From positions 736,001-800,000 of the forward strand of contig CAWJQQ010000009.1 of assembly GCA_963845065.1 (NCBI GenBank): 64,000 nucleotides of DNA, in the 5' to 3' direction. Source of the stretch: Nitrospirota bacterium. Its GTDB lineage: Bacteria > Nitrospirota > UBA9217. This document shows, piece by piece, positions 11,501-21,563 of this stretch. The first letter of the stretch is position 1; each line of letters opens with the position of its first letter. The notes under the pieces were generated by a model. That model saw only the letters and a program-made list of their open reading frames with translations, was not told the DNA's origin and ran no database searches. Position numbers and translations under genes: made by a program.

Positions 11501-13456
11501 CTACAGATAGAGATTTACCATGAGCGACGCTTCAGACTGATTGTAGTCGAAAGTCTTTTCTTGGGACAGTGAAAAGGTGATACCGGTATTTGTGGTAATC
11601 TTGAAATTCTGCGCCAGAGACGCCTTCATACTGCGGTGTTCGTCACCTAGTTCATAGGACGTCCACGTGGCAGAGAGGTTGATTTTCCACCGGTCGGTCA
11701 TGTTCTTAAGACAGCCGGCTGAAGTCCCGATACCGGCGGCATAATTATCATGCAGCTTATCGCTCATGATGAGGTCCGTTTCAAGGAAAACGTAAAATAT
11801 CCCAAGAAGCCCTGTCTTGTATGCGAACCCACCTCCGGGGTTCAGGCGGTAGACGAGATGTTCTTGGCCGTCAGACATGATCTCTTGATCGAAGCCCGTA
11901 TTTACTTTCCATGAAACGGGCTTGAAAAATGCATCGCGAGGCGACAGCGAGATGATATCGATGAAACGCAGTCTCTGAAGTACAAAGGCGTCCTCTCTAA
12001 AATAGTACCGGCCACGAACGTCCATGAAATTTATCTGTGCGCCTTCAATATAGCCATCATCCTGGTCGAGAAGATCGTGATAGGCCGGTCGCCAGCTAAG
12101 CTCCGTGAAAAAAGAATCCGTACGATATCCACCCCCGATGCTGAATTTCCCGGGGAGATGTCCTTCATCGGGAGAAACTGGCACTGCATTTACGGCAGTG
12201 TCTGCGTCCTGCGTTCCGAGCGTGCTCCGGGCCTGCAGAGTCGGCAAAAACCTGTGCACGTACTCGTCCTTATCGAGTTGTTTTCGAGAAAATTGATACT
12301 GAAGAAGTTCTGCTGTAAGGTCAAGAATCCTTGCTTTTTCAATTGGATCGATGTCCATCTCCGTGACGGCCCGGGGAGATATTTTTTGGTCGACGACTTC
12401 CTGTGCCAAATTTCGGTGCGCGCTCTGCATTCGCGATGCAATGGCATGAATACGTTTAGTTTGGGACTGACGATATTTGACTGAGCTGACCAGACCTTGT
12501 TCTCTGATGACCCTGACAGTATCGGAAGGGATAACCCAAAATTTAGCTTTCCCCCAGAACGCATCGGTGAGGTGCGCAGTAGGTCGTGCGGCCTCGAGCA
12601 AAAACAGGAGGTCGAATGAACAATTTTCTTTAAAGAAGTAGTAGTCGGAATAGATGTCCTTCAGTTCCCAAATATGCATAACCATCCTGCGTACCTCTTC
12701 TTGCGTGAGGTTGAGATCATACTCCCAGATGTCTCTGTGCTCGATTTCGTTATATTCGCCTACCTTCTGGTAATAGGGCAGGATGGAGTAATAGCCCCGG
12801 TAATAGCCAAAAATTCCTTTATAAGCATAGATGAACCCGTTCCGGTCGGTTGTCACTGCCGCATAATTAACCGCGTAGGAAAGCAGGTCGTTTCGGGCAT
12901 TGCCGTCAATCCTGATGAGCGTATGCCCAAACATGGAAGCGGGACCGTTGCCGTGGGCAGCGGGAAAGACGAGAGCGGCAGATTTAGGGTTGATAAGTGC
13001 GAGTGCTTCCTCGAACTTCGTACACTGAGCGGCCGGGAGCTTCGACTCATCTATGGAGAGCTGCTTCTTGAGCCAGGCATAGCGCGCAGGGAATCTGCAT
13101 CGCGGAGGCTCGACGCCTTCATGCTCCTGCTCGAAAAAACTCTTAAGCGTTGCTTCCATCTCGGCGCGTGGGGCAACCTTTCCGTCAGCAGCAAGGAAAA
13201 ACCTCGGGTCATCAACGAGACTTATTCTGCCGGAACTGTGCGGTTTATAATGGAGAAGGATATTCCAGTAGCGGTCTTCAGAAAGATGTTGCTCTTGTGC
13301 GGTCTTCAGAAGCGAGTCGAGATAGTCGTTGCGTTCGGCGGGAAATGCAGCGGTTGTACATAAAACAGTGTAGAGGGCAAGAGCCATAAAAAAAAGGTAT
13401 ACGAAACGAAACGTCCCGTATACCTTCTCATCAAATAAAATTTGTGGTCGGTACAT
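11501..13456 (-). CDS. DUF4105 (Lnb N-terminal-like, His/Cys papain-like) protein with probable C-terminal beta-barrel
   Basis: Signal-like N-terminus, CRFPARY, SMFGHTLIRI, YYFFKENCS, RPAYHDLLD; amphipathic beta-rich C-terminus. Confidence 0.8.
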   Translation of the reverse strand: MYRPQILFDEKVYGTFRFVYLFFMALALYTVLCTTAAFPAERNDYLDSLLKTAQEQHLSEDRYWNILLHYKPHSSGRISLVDDPRFFLAADGKVAPRAEMEATLKSFFEQEHEGVEPPRCRFPARYAWLKKQLSIDESKLPAAQCTKFEEALALINPKSAALVFPAAHGNGPASMFGHTLIRIDGNARNDLLSYAVNYAAVTTDRNGFIYAYKGIFGYYRGYYSILPYYQKVGEYNEIEHRDIWEYDLNLTQEEVRRMVMHIWELKDIYSDYYFFKENCSFDLLFLLEAARPTAHLTDAFWGKAKFWVIPSDTVRVIREQGLVSSVKYRQSQTKRIHAIASRMQSAHRNLAQEVVDQKISPRAVTEMDIDPIEKARILDLTAELLQYQFSRKQLDKDEYVHRFLPTLQARSTLGTQDADTAVNAVPVSPDEGHLPGKFSIGGGYRTDSFFTELSWRPAYHDLLDQDDGYIEGAQINFMDVRGRYYFREDAFVLQRLRFIDIISLSPRDAFFKPVSWKVNTGFDQEIMSDGQEHLVYRLNPGGGFAYKTGLLGIFYVFLETDLIMSDKLHDNYAAGIGTSAGCLKNMTDRWKINLSATWTSYELGDEHRSMKASLAQNFKITTNTGITFSLSQEKTFDYNQSEASLMVNLYL

Positions 13457-13944
13457 TAATACGATGACACCGTTACCACATTGTCCACGACCTTGGCGAG
13501 CTGCACGTTTTCGGAGGTGAATATCTTTGCAAAGTTTGTCTGTAGTTTCTGATAAAACTCAGGCCGCTTATCTATCGGAACCTGTAGTAGCTCCGCGAAT
13601 GCCTCAAGCGTATCGCCTCGACCCATGGCGATTTCCTTCGCCAAGTTGTCCATATTAGCGACCATAAATTCATTCAACCGGTCGTTCTTGGCGAACGTAG
13701 CTGGTTGCCGGCATTCTGACGTCCCTGACGTGATGCCGAAGGTCTGGGTGCCGAACGTACCGTTGGTCGTGGCTTGTAAAGACTGTAAAATAGTTGAATT
13801 GTCCGCGTTATTTTGGAAAAGTAACGTGCCAAGACCACAACCCGTATTACGATGTGCCTCACCGCTGGCACTCGCCGCAAAAGCTGTACTCACAACAAAA
13901 AAAAGAAGCAAATACATTGCCAATACTATAGAAGTTATTTTCAT
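13456..13944 (-). CDS. DUF3015 family exported protein
   Basis: Signal peptide, GCGLG, TTNGTFGTQTFGITSGTSEC, LAKEIAMGRGDTL; AGGAGG RBS; TAATG overlap with the downstream gene. Confidence 0.85.
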   Translation of the reverse strand: MKITSIVLAMYLLLFFVVSTAFAASASGEAHRNTGCGLGTLLFQNNADNSTILQSLQATTNGTFGTQTFGITSGTSECRQPATFAKNDRLNEFMVANMDNLAKEIAMGRGDTLEAFAELLQVPIDKRPEFYQKLQTNFAKIFTSENVQLAKVVDNVVTVSSY

Positions 13945-14308
13945 AAAGAACCTCCTCCTAGTTTTTTTAAAAATGTCTTAAGGATCAAGTCCTAACTGAG
14001 TACATGCTTTTGAATCATTTTTATCATATGTCTGGGAGCATACAGGTCAAGACTTTGAGACGAAGACATTCTTGGTCTCGTAATCTATAGGCTCGACGCT
14101 GAATCACCAAAGATGTCATACACGGTTTTCTTTGGTCTTAAGACGGGGGAGAAATACAAATCGGCTAAAGTCCGTCTTTTTTGCATGGTTGAAATGTACC
14201 ATTTTTTCAGCTAGCTTTATAACGATAATATTCGCTACCAGAGCGTGTTATATGATGTTAAGCTACGTTTTTATGTACTCGATAGGGACTTAACCCTATT
14301 TTAAAAAT

Positions 14309-14337
14309 ATTTAACCCCATTTTTTAGTATTTGTCAA
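14309..14337 (-). promoter_or_regulatory. possible sigma70 promoter for the DUF3015-DUF4105 pair
   Basis: TTGACA-17 bp-TTAAAT on the minus strand, overlapping one of two TTAACCCyATTTT direct repeats. Confidence 0.35.
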
Positions 14338-14372
14338 GTATTGAGGGCAAAAAATTACGACAGACTGACCCG

Positions 14373-15230
14373 TCACGGCGTGCAGAGATGATCATATAGA
14401 TAGCGCACGAATTTTTTTCTTACAACCTTGTCCGCGAAGGCCATGACGTGCCCAGGTGTGGGCGTTTCCCAGAAATCTTTGGGTATGGACGCCGCCTCAT
14501 AGAGCAGGAAGCCGTGGTGTATAGGAACCACCGGGTCATTTACACCGTGAATGATCAAAACCGGCACAGGTGCGACCTTATTGATCCACTTTAGTGGACT
14601 GTAATCATCATTGAAAAGAAGTGACAGTGGATATTGGAAAGGCCAAGTAAGTAAGAATTGCCCAAGTTTTTCGCGAGCAATGAGACGGTAGCTTGAAAAC
14701 GTACTGTCGATGATAAGTGCGGCAATCCGGTCTTTATGCTGAAAATTTGCAACAATATAAATCGCGATTGCCCCACCGATGCTTTGGCCAAGAACAACCA
14801 CCTTACCACCCTTTGTCTGCGGCAGGTTCAGAACGGTTTTGAGAGCCTCTTCCGCATCGACGTGAACACCTTTGAGATTGGGCTTTCCCTCAGACCTCCC
14901 ATAGCCGCGGTAGTCGAAAATAAAGATGTTGAACCCCTCTTTAACCAGCCACAAAACGCTGTTCACATGCGTGCTCAAATTTTCCGCATTGCCGTGAAGG
15001 ATGAGTATCGTTCCTAATGCCTGCGGATTTGCCTCGAATAGCCAGCCGTGCAAGGTTATTCCGTCCGGGGTATTGAAGTAGATATCCTCAGGAGAAAACA
15101 GCCGAGCAAGGGGATTATCCTTCTCCTGTTTCTGAGGATAAAAAAAGAGAGAGCTGCATCCCACGGAGAATAGAAGAAGCAGTAGCGGCGAAAAAGAGAG
15201 AACTCTTCTTGCTGATAGTTTCATCGGCAT
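14373..15230 (-). CDS. alpha/beta hydrolase (YfhR/ABHD-like), probable lipoprotein
   Basis: Lipobox-like FSVGC, HGNAEN, DYRGYGRSEG, GQSIGG nucleophile, HGVNDPVVP, GH. Confidence 0.9.
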   Translation of the reverse strand: MPMKLSARRVLSFSPLLLLLFSVGCSSLFFYPQKQEKDNPLARLFSPEDIYFNTPDGITLHGWLFEANPQALGTILILHGNAENLSTHVNSVLWLVKEGFNIFIFDYRGYGRSEGKPNLKGVHVDAEEALKTVLNLPQTKGGKVVVLGQSIGGAIAIYIVANFQHKDRIAALIIDSTFSSYRLIAREKLGQFLLTWPFQYPLSLLFNDDYSPLKWINKVAPVPVLIIHGVNDPVVPIHHGFLLYEAASIPKDFWETPTPGHVMAFADKVVRKKFVRYLYDHLCTP

Positions 15231-15304
15231 TCTCCAATCCAGGGAATATCAGCCATATTTAAGAGACGCATGCTGCCGCGTCCCCTCTACAAATCAGAAC
15301 GAGG

Positions 15305-15436
15305 GTGTTGAAAGCCTCCTGCAAGAAATCAGGTTATGACGGATCTAAATTCAAGAGCAGGAGGCTTCTCTGAACTGTATTGATGATAGCAGGCTAGAGC
15401 AGTTTCTGCAAATGAAGCAAGAGGTTTTTCGGGTTC
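15305..15436 (+). mobile_element. IS110 left-end and N-terminal fragment, same family as the element at 59694-60937
   Basis: AAAGCCTCCTGC...TAAATTCAAGAGCAGGAGGCTTCTCTGAACTGTATTGATGA closely matches the reverse complement of about 60790-60865; start codon mutated to CTG. Confidence 0.7.
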
Positions 15437-15634
15437 AGTGCTTTCATAGCACCGCTAAAGCATATGGGGTTTCACGCGCTGGACTCTTAAAGAATTATAT
15501 CAAGTATCTTGATGTTATTTGAAGGTAGGAAGGAATAAATCCGTTCGGTTCATTAAAGCAAGAATATTCACAATGAGCATTTTGAGAACTCATACCCACA
15601 AAAAGGGAAGTTATTACTTCTCTCGGGAAAGGAA

Positions 15635-17707
15635 CTAGTATGGAGACACGAAACAGGTACTTAATCCCTTCGACACCTGTTCCTGATGCACGGTTTTCTG
15701 CAGTAATAGCCCGCTGGATTCAAGCAGGCTGGAGGCAGAAAATTGCTCCCAATTACTGACATGCATAAGTTTGACCACGCTGTTGGCGATTTTTTTCTTC
15801 TCATCCGGCGTAATACTCACGCACGCTATGCTTTGGCGGCAAAATCCAGAATAGCTGCAACCGATATTATGACACTTATCATTATCGACGGTTATGCTTT
15901 TGAACAAATTCCTCGGCTGGTCGACATTATAACCTTTGAGTGCTGCGACATGATATGCGAGGAGCTGCAGCGGTACAACAGTAACAAAAGGAACGAGCGC
16001 GGGATGTGTCGACGGCACCACTATCATGTTGTCTGCCTTGTCGCGGAAGGCAGCGGGTGAATCCGTGATCACGATGATCCTTCCTCCCCGTGATTTCACC
16101 TCCTCGATATTCGATAGGCTCTTTTCGTGCAGGCCGTCGATCGTCGCTAGGAATACAACAGGGACTCCTTCCTCGAGCAGCGCGATAGGGCCATGTTTCA
16201 TCTCTCCGGCCGGATATCCATCAGCGTGAATATAGGCGATCTCCTTCATCTTGAGCGCGCCTTCGAGCGCGACGGGGTAGTTAATTCCCCGACCAATGTA
16301 CAGCATGCTTTTCACGTCCACCAGGGTCTTTGCAATCTCCTTGACCGCATCGTTGGTTTGGAGTGCCTGTCGAATGAGCCTTGGCAGCTCGAGCAAGAAC
16401 GTTTTGAGCGTCTGAATCTCGAGGTCGCTGAGCTTGCCTTTCTTGGTACCTAGGGCAATTCCCAGGAGGCTCAGGGCGGCAAGCTGAGCGGTAAAGGCTT
16501 TGGTGGATACCACGCCGATCTCCGGCCCCGCTCGCGTGTAGAGGACCGAATCAGCCTCGCGCGTGGTCGTGCTGCCGACGACATTGCAGATTGTTAAGGT
16601 TCTCGCTCCCTTTTCTTTCCCTTCGCGTTGTGCTGCGAGTGTATCGGCTGTTTCTCCGGATTGCGAAATGGTGATGAGTACTGTGCCTTTTGGGATGACC
16701 GGGCTCATGTCCCTGAACTCCGAGGCGATGTCCACGGCCACAGGGATACGTACGAACTTCTCGATCATATATCGGCCGACGAGGCCTGCATGGTACGACG
16801 TAGCGCAGGCTGCGATGTGGAGTCGCCTGAGATCTTTGATGGTATCCGCGATGCCCAACTCATCCATGAGCCTGTTCGTGTCGTCGATCCACTCTCGCAG
16901 GGTATCCATAACCCCTTGGGGTTGCTCATATATCTCTTTGAGCATGAAATGATCATATCCCTGCTTCTCAGCTATTGCAGACGTAGAGTCAACCGTTACA
17001 ATCTTTCCTTCAAGCTGCAGAGTCGCCAGAGATTCGATATGTTTCAAATCGACCGCGTTACTCCTGAGTACGGCCATCTGCCGATCTTCAAGATAAATGA
17101 AGTTCTTCGTATAGGGGAGGAGCGCAGGAACATCGGATGCGAGGTACTCTGCATCCGTGCCTATTCCAATGACGAGCGGGCTGCCGTTGCGAATCGCGAA
17201 CAGCGTATCTGGCGTGCCTTCGTACATAATCACCAGAGCATAAGCACCGCGAAGGTGCGCGATCGCCCTTCTGATCGCCTCATCGATAGGAAAACCACGC
17301 TCAAGGTAGCGAGCGATAAGCTGAGGCACTACCTCCGTGTCCGTCTGAGACGTGAAAACATGCCCTGCCGCTGCCAATTCGTTCCTCAGTTCGCGGTAAT
17401 TGTCAATGATGCCGTTGTGTACCACGGAGACGCCTTTCACGGTGTGAGGATGGGCATTGACTACCGTCGGTGCCCCATGGGTGGCCCATCGCGTATGTCC
17501 GATGCCGATCGTAATGGCTGGTAATGGGGTCGGCAGTATCTTCTGGAGGTCCTGCAGTTTGCCCGGAGTCTTGTATACTTCGATTCCCGATCCATTTTTA
17601 AAAGCAATTCCTGACGAATCGTACCCACGGTACTCCAAACGGGTTAGACCATCAAAGAGAATTTGCAAAGAATCCTTTTTCCCAACATATCCGACGATTC
17701 CGCTCAT
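15635..17707 (-). CDS. glmS: glutamine-fructose-6-phosphate transaminase homolog, aberrant (Cys1->Ser, frameshifted C-terminal extension); possibly a decaying paralog
   Basis: LEYRGYDS, GHTRWATHG, HNGII, SQSGETADT, EMKHGP, DQPRNL.KSITV; starts MSGIVG rather than MCGIVG. Confidence 0.9.
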   Translation of the reverse strand: MSGIVGYVGKKDSLQILFDGLTRLEYRGYDSSGIAFKNGSGIEVYKTPGKLQDLQKILPTPLPAITIGIGHTRWATHGAPTVVNAHPHTVKGVSVVHNGIIDNYRELRNELAAAGHVFTSQTDTEVVPQLIARYLERGFPIDEAIRRAIAHLRGAYALVIMYEGTPDTLFAIRNGSPLVIGIGTDAEYLASDVPALLPYTKNFIYLEDRQMAVLRSNAVDLKHIESLATLQLEGKIVTVDSTSAIAEKQGYDHFMLKEIYEQPQGVMDTLREWIDDTNRLMDELGIADTIKDLRRLHIAACATSYHAGLVGRYMIEKFVRIPVAVDIASEFRDMSPVIPKGTVLITISQSGETADTLAAQREGKEKGARTLTICNVVGSTTTREADSVLYTRAGPEIGVVSTKAFTAQLAALSLLGIALGTKKGKLSDLEIQTLKTFLLELPRLIRQALQTNDAVKEIAKTLVDVKSMLYIGRGINYPVALEGALKMKEIAYIHADGYPAGEMKHGPIALLEEGVPVVFLATIDGLHEKSLSNIEEVKSRGGRIIVITDSPAAFRDKADNMIVVPSTHPALVPFVTVVPLQLLAYHVAALKGYNVDQPRNLFKSITVDNDKCHNIGCSYSGFCRQSIACVSITPDEKKKIANSVVKLMHVSNWEQFSASSLLESSGLLLQKTVHQEQVSKGLSTCFVSPY

Positions 17708-18422
17708 GATGTTCCCTCGAATTGCCTGATCTCATAATGTTGACAACGGCATTGCTATTCTGGTTATGACACTTATTAGTTTTAAAGCAAGAAGAGTGCC
17801 GAATCAATGGCGGATACGGCCACAGGGTGATAAGGCTCATTTAGTACCTTTATTCCTTTGATTTTTTAGTCAGTTATTAACTCGTCATCATTATTATTAG
17901 AATATAATTAGCGAGAACGAAATAAACCTTTGACCCATAATTCCCCATTTCACGGAAAATCGCACTTAAATAGTTATTAAGTTTTATCATTAGTGAATCC
18001 AAAGGATACAATGATAAATCTGATTTTCAATTAATATATAAATACAACAGTAAATAATGTATCTATGAGACACAATATGCTGTTATTATTATACAATTAA
18101 TTACATAATGTGTATCAAATATATACAACAATAAAAAAATAACATTTGTTTCCAAACATAGCTTGAAGGGCAGATTAATTAGCAAAGAAGCGTTGGAAAA
18201 TATCGCCGCGCGGTGTTGACACGAAAATCAAAGCGGACCTGACTAGCTGGCTAATTCAGAAAGGCGGAATTACCATCCGATATCATGTACTTTGCAGTTG
18301 TTCTGCGACGTCCTACAAACATCCTGCAAGAAAAACGTATTTTTTGTGTACCGTAAGTCCTTGAATTTCTGAGTTGGGGGAGGGTGTGTTAATTCACTTC
18401 GGAGTCTAATTTAGGGCTTGTC

Positions 18423-18980
18423 CTACCACTGTACAGCAGAATATGGCTGAAGTGTTAAACCATTCACATTACCGCTAGAATTCGTTGTAACTTCCGTATA
18501 TATTATCCACTGTACCCCATCCCACGTATAGGCATCCTGTGATGGCACGGTGGCTATCGGTCTGTATATGAGTACTGCCCAGTTTCCGTTTAGGGCTGAA
18601 TCTCCGCTCTGGTAGGCCCAGAATCCGGGGGGACAATTGGCGGGTTCGACGTCACTGAAAGTGCCGGCATAATTAGATATGTTAATGTCATCAAAGGGGT
18701 TGTGCGCGGTTATTGTCTGGCCGCTCGCCAGTTGGTTAATCGAATAAAGGACGTTGGCCGTATTAATGCTTTGTAACTCGTAATTGAAGCTGGCCTGTTC
18801 AGCATTTTGGGATTGGGAGAAAAAAAGGGGGATTGCGAAATATGCCAAGACACCAAGAATAATAATTATCACCACCAGTTCAAGAAGAGTGAAACCCTCC
18901 TGATGCTTCCTCCTGGGCTTGATCCCCAGCGAGTTCTCCACGTGATGGGTTCTCGCGTACCACACTTCGCTGAAATACAT
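18423..18980 (-). CDS. type IV pilin / pseudopilin-like prepilin
   Basis: Basic leader then G/FTLLELVVIIIILGVLA prepilin cleavage motif; GGAGG RBS. Confidence 0.85.
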   Translation of the reverse strand: MYFSEVWYARTHHVENSLGIKPRRKHQEGFTLLELVVIIIILGVLAYFAIPLFFSQSQNAEQASFNYELQSINTANVLYSINQLASGQTITAHNPFDDINISNYAGTFSDVEPANCPPGFWAYQSGDSALNGNWAVLIYRPIATVPSQDAYTWDGVQWIIYTEVTTNSSGNVNGLTLQPYSAVQW

Positions 18981-19199
18981 AGTGCGGCCTCCAACCGCAA
19001 TCGACTGTTACCTCCGCCAACTGTCCGGATAAATCTTGCGGAGTCAGTATTCCCTACCTCAATAAAAGAGGCACTACGGCAACTGGAATGGAAGCAACAT
19101 GGATATTTTCTTCAATCTGTATATAAAAGTAAGTGAATAGCTTCTCGTCTCGATGATGTCGTATATACCGTTTGAACATATTAGGAGGTTAATTTATCG

Positions 19200-19640
19200 C
19201 CAACTGCACTAGCAAAATACCCATCCTTCCACGTTGGTCCTTTCAGAGCCTTTTCTTGATCGATTAGCATTGCCAGAACATCTCGTAGGCGCTGATGCTT
19301 TCCAGGGTCTTTTCAACATCACCGATTGAGTATTTGGGCGGAAACGACAGAAAGATATGAATGAGATCTTTCGCTACTTCCATCTCCTCCGTGTCGCACT
19401 TGTATTCTTCGGCTATATCCCTGGAAAGCTTAACGGCCCGCTTATGCAGATACTCTTGCGTGGACGGGTCCTTCCGATATTTTTGGACACCATACCATGT
19501 GCCACTTGGTATCATAGACCGCATGGCTGGTTCTCCAGAGAACCATGCGGTCATTGTACTACGCAATCGTCTCAGTGGATGAGGGGAACTTCCAGCCCCC
19601 TTATAATCCTTGGGCAAGGATGCTATTCCTCCCCGCGTTA
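19200..19640 (-). pseudogene. tnpA: IS200/IS605 Y1 transposase tnpA pseudogene with left-end hairpin
   Basis: RTSHAVYDTKWHMVWCP then frameshift to KYRK; degenerate HUH (KDLIHIFLSFPPKYSIG); truncated. Confidence 0.8.
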
Positions 19641-19853
19641 AGCAGGCTGTCTGGCAATAGTTTTTGTGGTTTTGGCCTCGCATCTATTTGAATTTACGTT
19701 AGCCAAATTATCAAAATTCGAATTGTAGGACAGCCTGCAAGGTGCGGGGTATATTGGGATGATTTCCATAAAGTACTATCTTTGGCTGCAGGAGCATTCA
19801 CGAAAATGCTGTAAACCAACAGACAGGGCTGGATGTCGAGTAACGGTTCTAAA

Positions 19854-20261
19854 TCAGCATCTCGGGATACATCCATTCAGCCTTGTAATAATCCTATCCG
19901 GATCTCGGACCGGTTTGCTGGGTTTTACTTGCTCAATTTGATACCGAAGGTACTCTTTTTCTGCCCGGGTAAGGGAAACGAAGCGGATGCCGCACCGATA
20001 AAGACTCCCGATTTGATTACACCACATCACGATGCCACATGTTTGTCCATAAACACATTCTTTGAAGCAGACAACGCCTTGTTGTATCGGGTGATCTGTT
20101 TCGATGCCGATACCTATTATGCTGCGATTTACGATCTTAGCAAGATAATCCGTACGTACGAGATTGTTAAATGAGATGACCCCGAGCGAGGGGTTTAGAT
20201 CACTTGAAACGGGGTGACCTACTACCTTTTTTCTCTGAGTACGTCTTTTCTCATCCATCAT
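19854..20261 (-). CDS. PilZ-like single-domain protein
   Basis: RRTQR (RxxxR) and NRSIIG (NxSxxG); VMWC...GIRF; paralog at 43614-44009. Confidence 0.7.
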   Translation of the reverse strand: MMDEKRRTQRKKVVGHPVSSDLNPSLGVISFNNLVRTDYLAKIVNRSIIGIGIETDHPIQQGVVCFKECVYGQTCGIVMWCNQIGSLYRCGIRFVSLTRAEKEYLRYQIEQVKPSKPVRDPDRIITRLNGCIPRC

Positions 20262-20330
20262 GGACTACCGCCTTTCGAATCAAGGTTGCGTTATTAGTAA
20301 ATATTTTACTTTTCACCAACCAATGACAGC

Positions 20331-20482
20331 ATACCCCGCGTTTGGACGAGGGGGTGAAAGCGATCTTTGCAAGGGGTTATTAGCGGACTTGAAGCGATCC
20401 TAATCTACTAGGCCGTCATCTGCGTAGCGGTTTCAAGCTGTGCAAAGATGCCAGCTCCTTGGGGCCGATGGGGGTTCTTTAC
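20331..20482 (+). mobile_element. degenerate IS200/605-derived miniature element
   Basis: Left hairpin-like CCCCGCGTTTGGACGAGGGGGTGAAAGCG and right-end-like GATGCCAGCTCC...GGGGGTTCTTTAC. Confidence 0.45.
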
Positions 20483-20957
20483 GCCGTCTTCCTGTTAATC
20501 TAAATATGAAGAACCCGCAAAAAAACACTGTAAAGGAGACACCTTTACAATAAAACATTTGCTTTTAATAAAATGTTGCTATGTTATGCCAAAACTGTGA
20601 GAAATACCTTACAGTTTTTATCACCAGCTTTATATATCATCTAGTACCAATTTAAAAATATATTTTAATTTACTTAATAAACCGTAATGCTTTTAGGAAA
20701 AGCCGATAAAAAGATGATTCGACAAGTAAAAATATTAAACATTATTTTTAGATTAAAGTCAAGCTTCTTTGGTATGGATCTGAACTGATAATTTCAGTGC
20801 ACGTAAAATTGCATTTAATTTCTTGGTAGACGGTAAACTCAGGTAGAACGGATTACCACGACTATCTGTGTTAATAATTTGCTGTGCATATTGATCAGCT
20901 TCTGAAGGTCATAAGGTTTTGCTATTGCGTTCACAAAACCATAAATCTGGAAATCCT

Positions 20958-21524
20958 TCAATATCGGGTCTTCGGAATGACCCCGATTGAAACGATCCCC
21001 TTAACATTCGGATGAATCTCAGGGAGTTTCTTCATCGTAACTCTTCTGCCCATACTTCCGGGTACAACCGAATCGAGGATAACAGCATGAAAGCCCTGGC
21101 CCGATGCTTGTGGCCGCCTGCGCATAAAGTAGCTGCTTCCTCCCCACTCTTCGCAGTCTTCAACATCAATCCCTAAATGATTCAGCATCTCGACTGCGAC
21201 GCTTCTTATGCGTGCATCGTCAACCATCAGCAACACTCTTTTTAAATTCAATCCTGTTGAGGAAACAGTGCGAGACTTTTTTTCCGCATGCACGATGTTA
21301 TACATACCGCATTCTTCTATTGGAATTGGTGTCCCATTAGCTTTCCGGTAGTGGACAAGCTTGTGGATGCCCCTACTTTTTAACTCCGGTTGAGTCCACC
21401 CTAGCAGGAGGTGGACAGCTTCTTCGTTTATAAATATAATGCGTCCACTGCGGACAACACGCTTCTGCGAAAAAGATCGGACCGGCCTTGATTGATCTTC
21501 GAACGCTGAGTAAATAATAGCCAA
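20958..21524 (-). pseudogene. decayed hybrid kinase remnant: partial PAS fused to a degenerate receiver domain
   Basis: FINEEA..LLGW..EL...IHKLVHYRKANGTPIPIEEC (PAS) followed by KRVLLMVDD...AVILDSVVPG (REC); kinase core absent. Confidence 0.6.
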
Positions 21525-21563
21525 GGATTGCCTTCAGCCATAAAAGCAAGCCTTTTTAAATTC

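Noticed and set aside
16628..17524. Long antisense ORFs (298 aa here; also 12674-13363, 34055-34732, 52356-53051)
   Set aside because: They shadow well-supported genes on the opposite strand and show no motifs
17708..17900. glmS ribozyme upstream of glmS
   Set aside because: The conserved AGCGCC...GACGAGG core is not present
20575..20595. sigma54 promoter TGGCATAACATAGCA (minus strand)
   Set aside because: GG-to-GC spacing is one base short of the strict -24/-12 spacing
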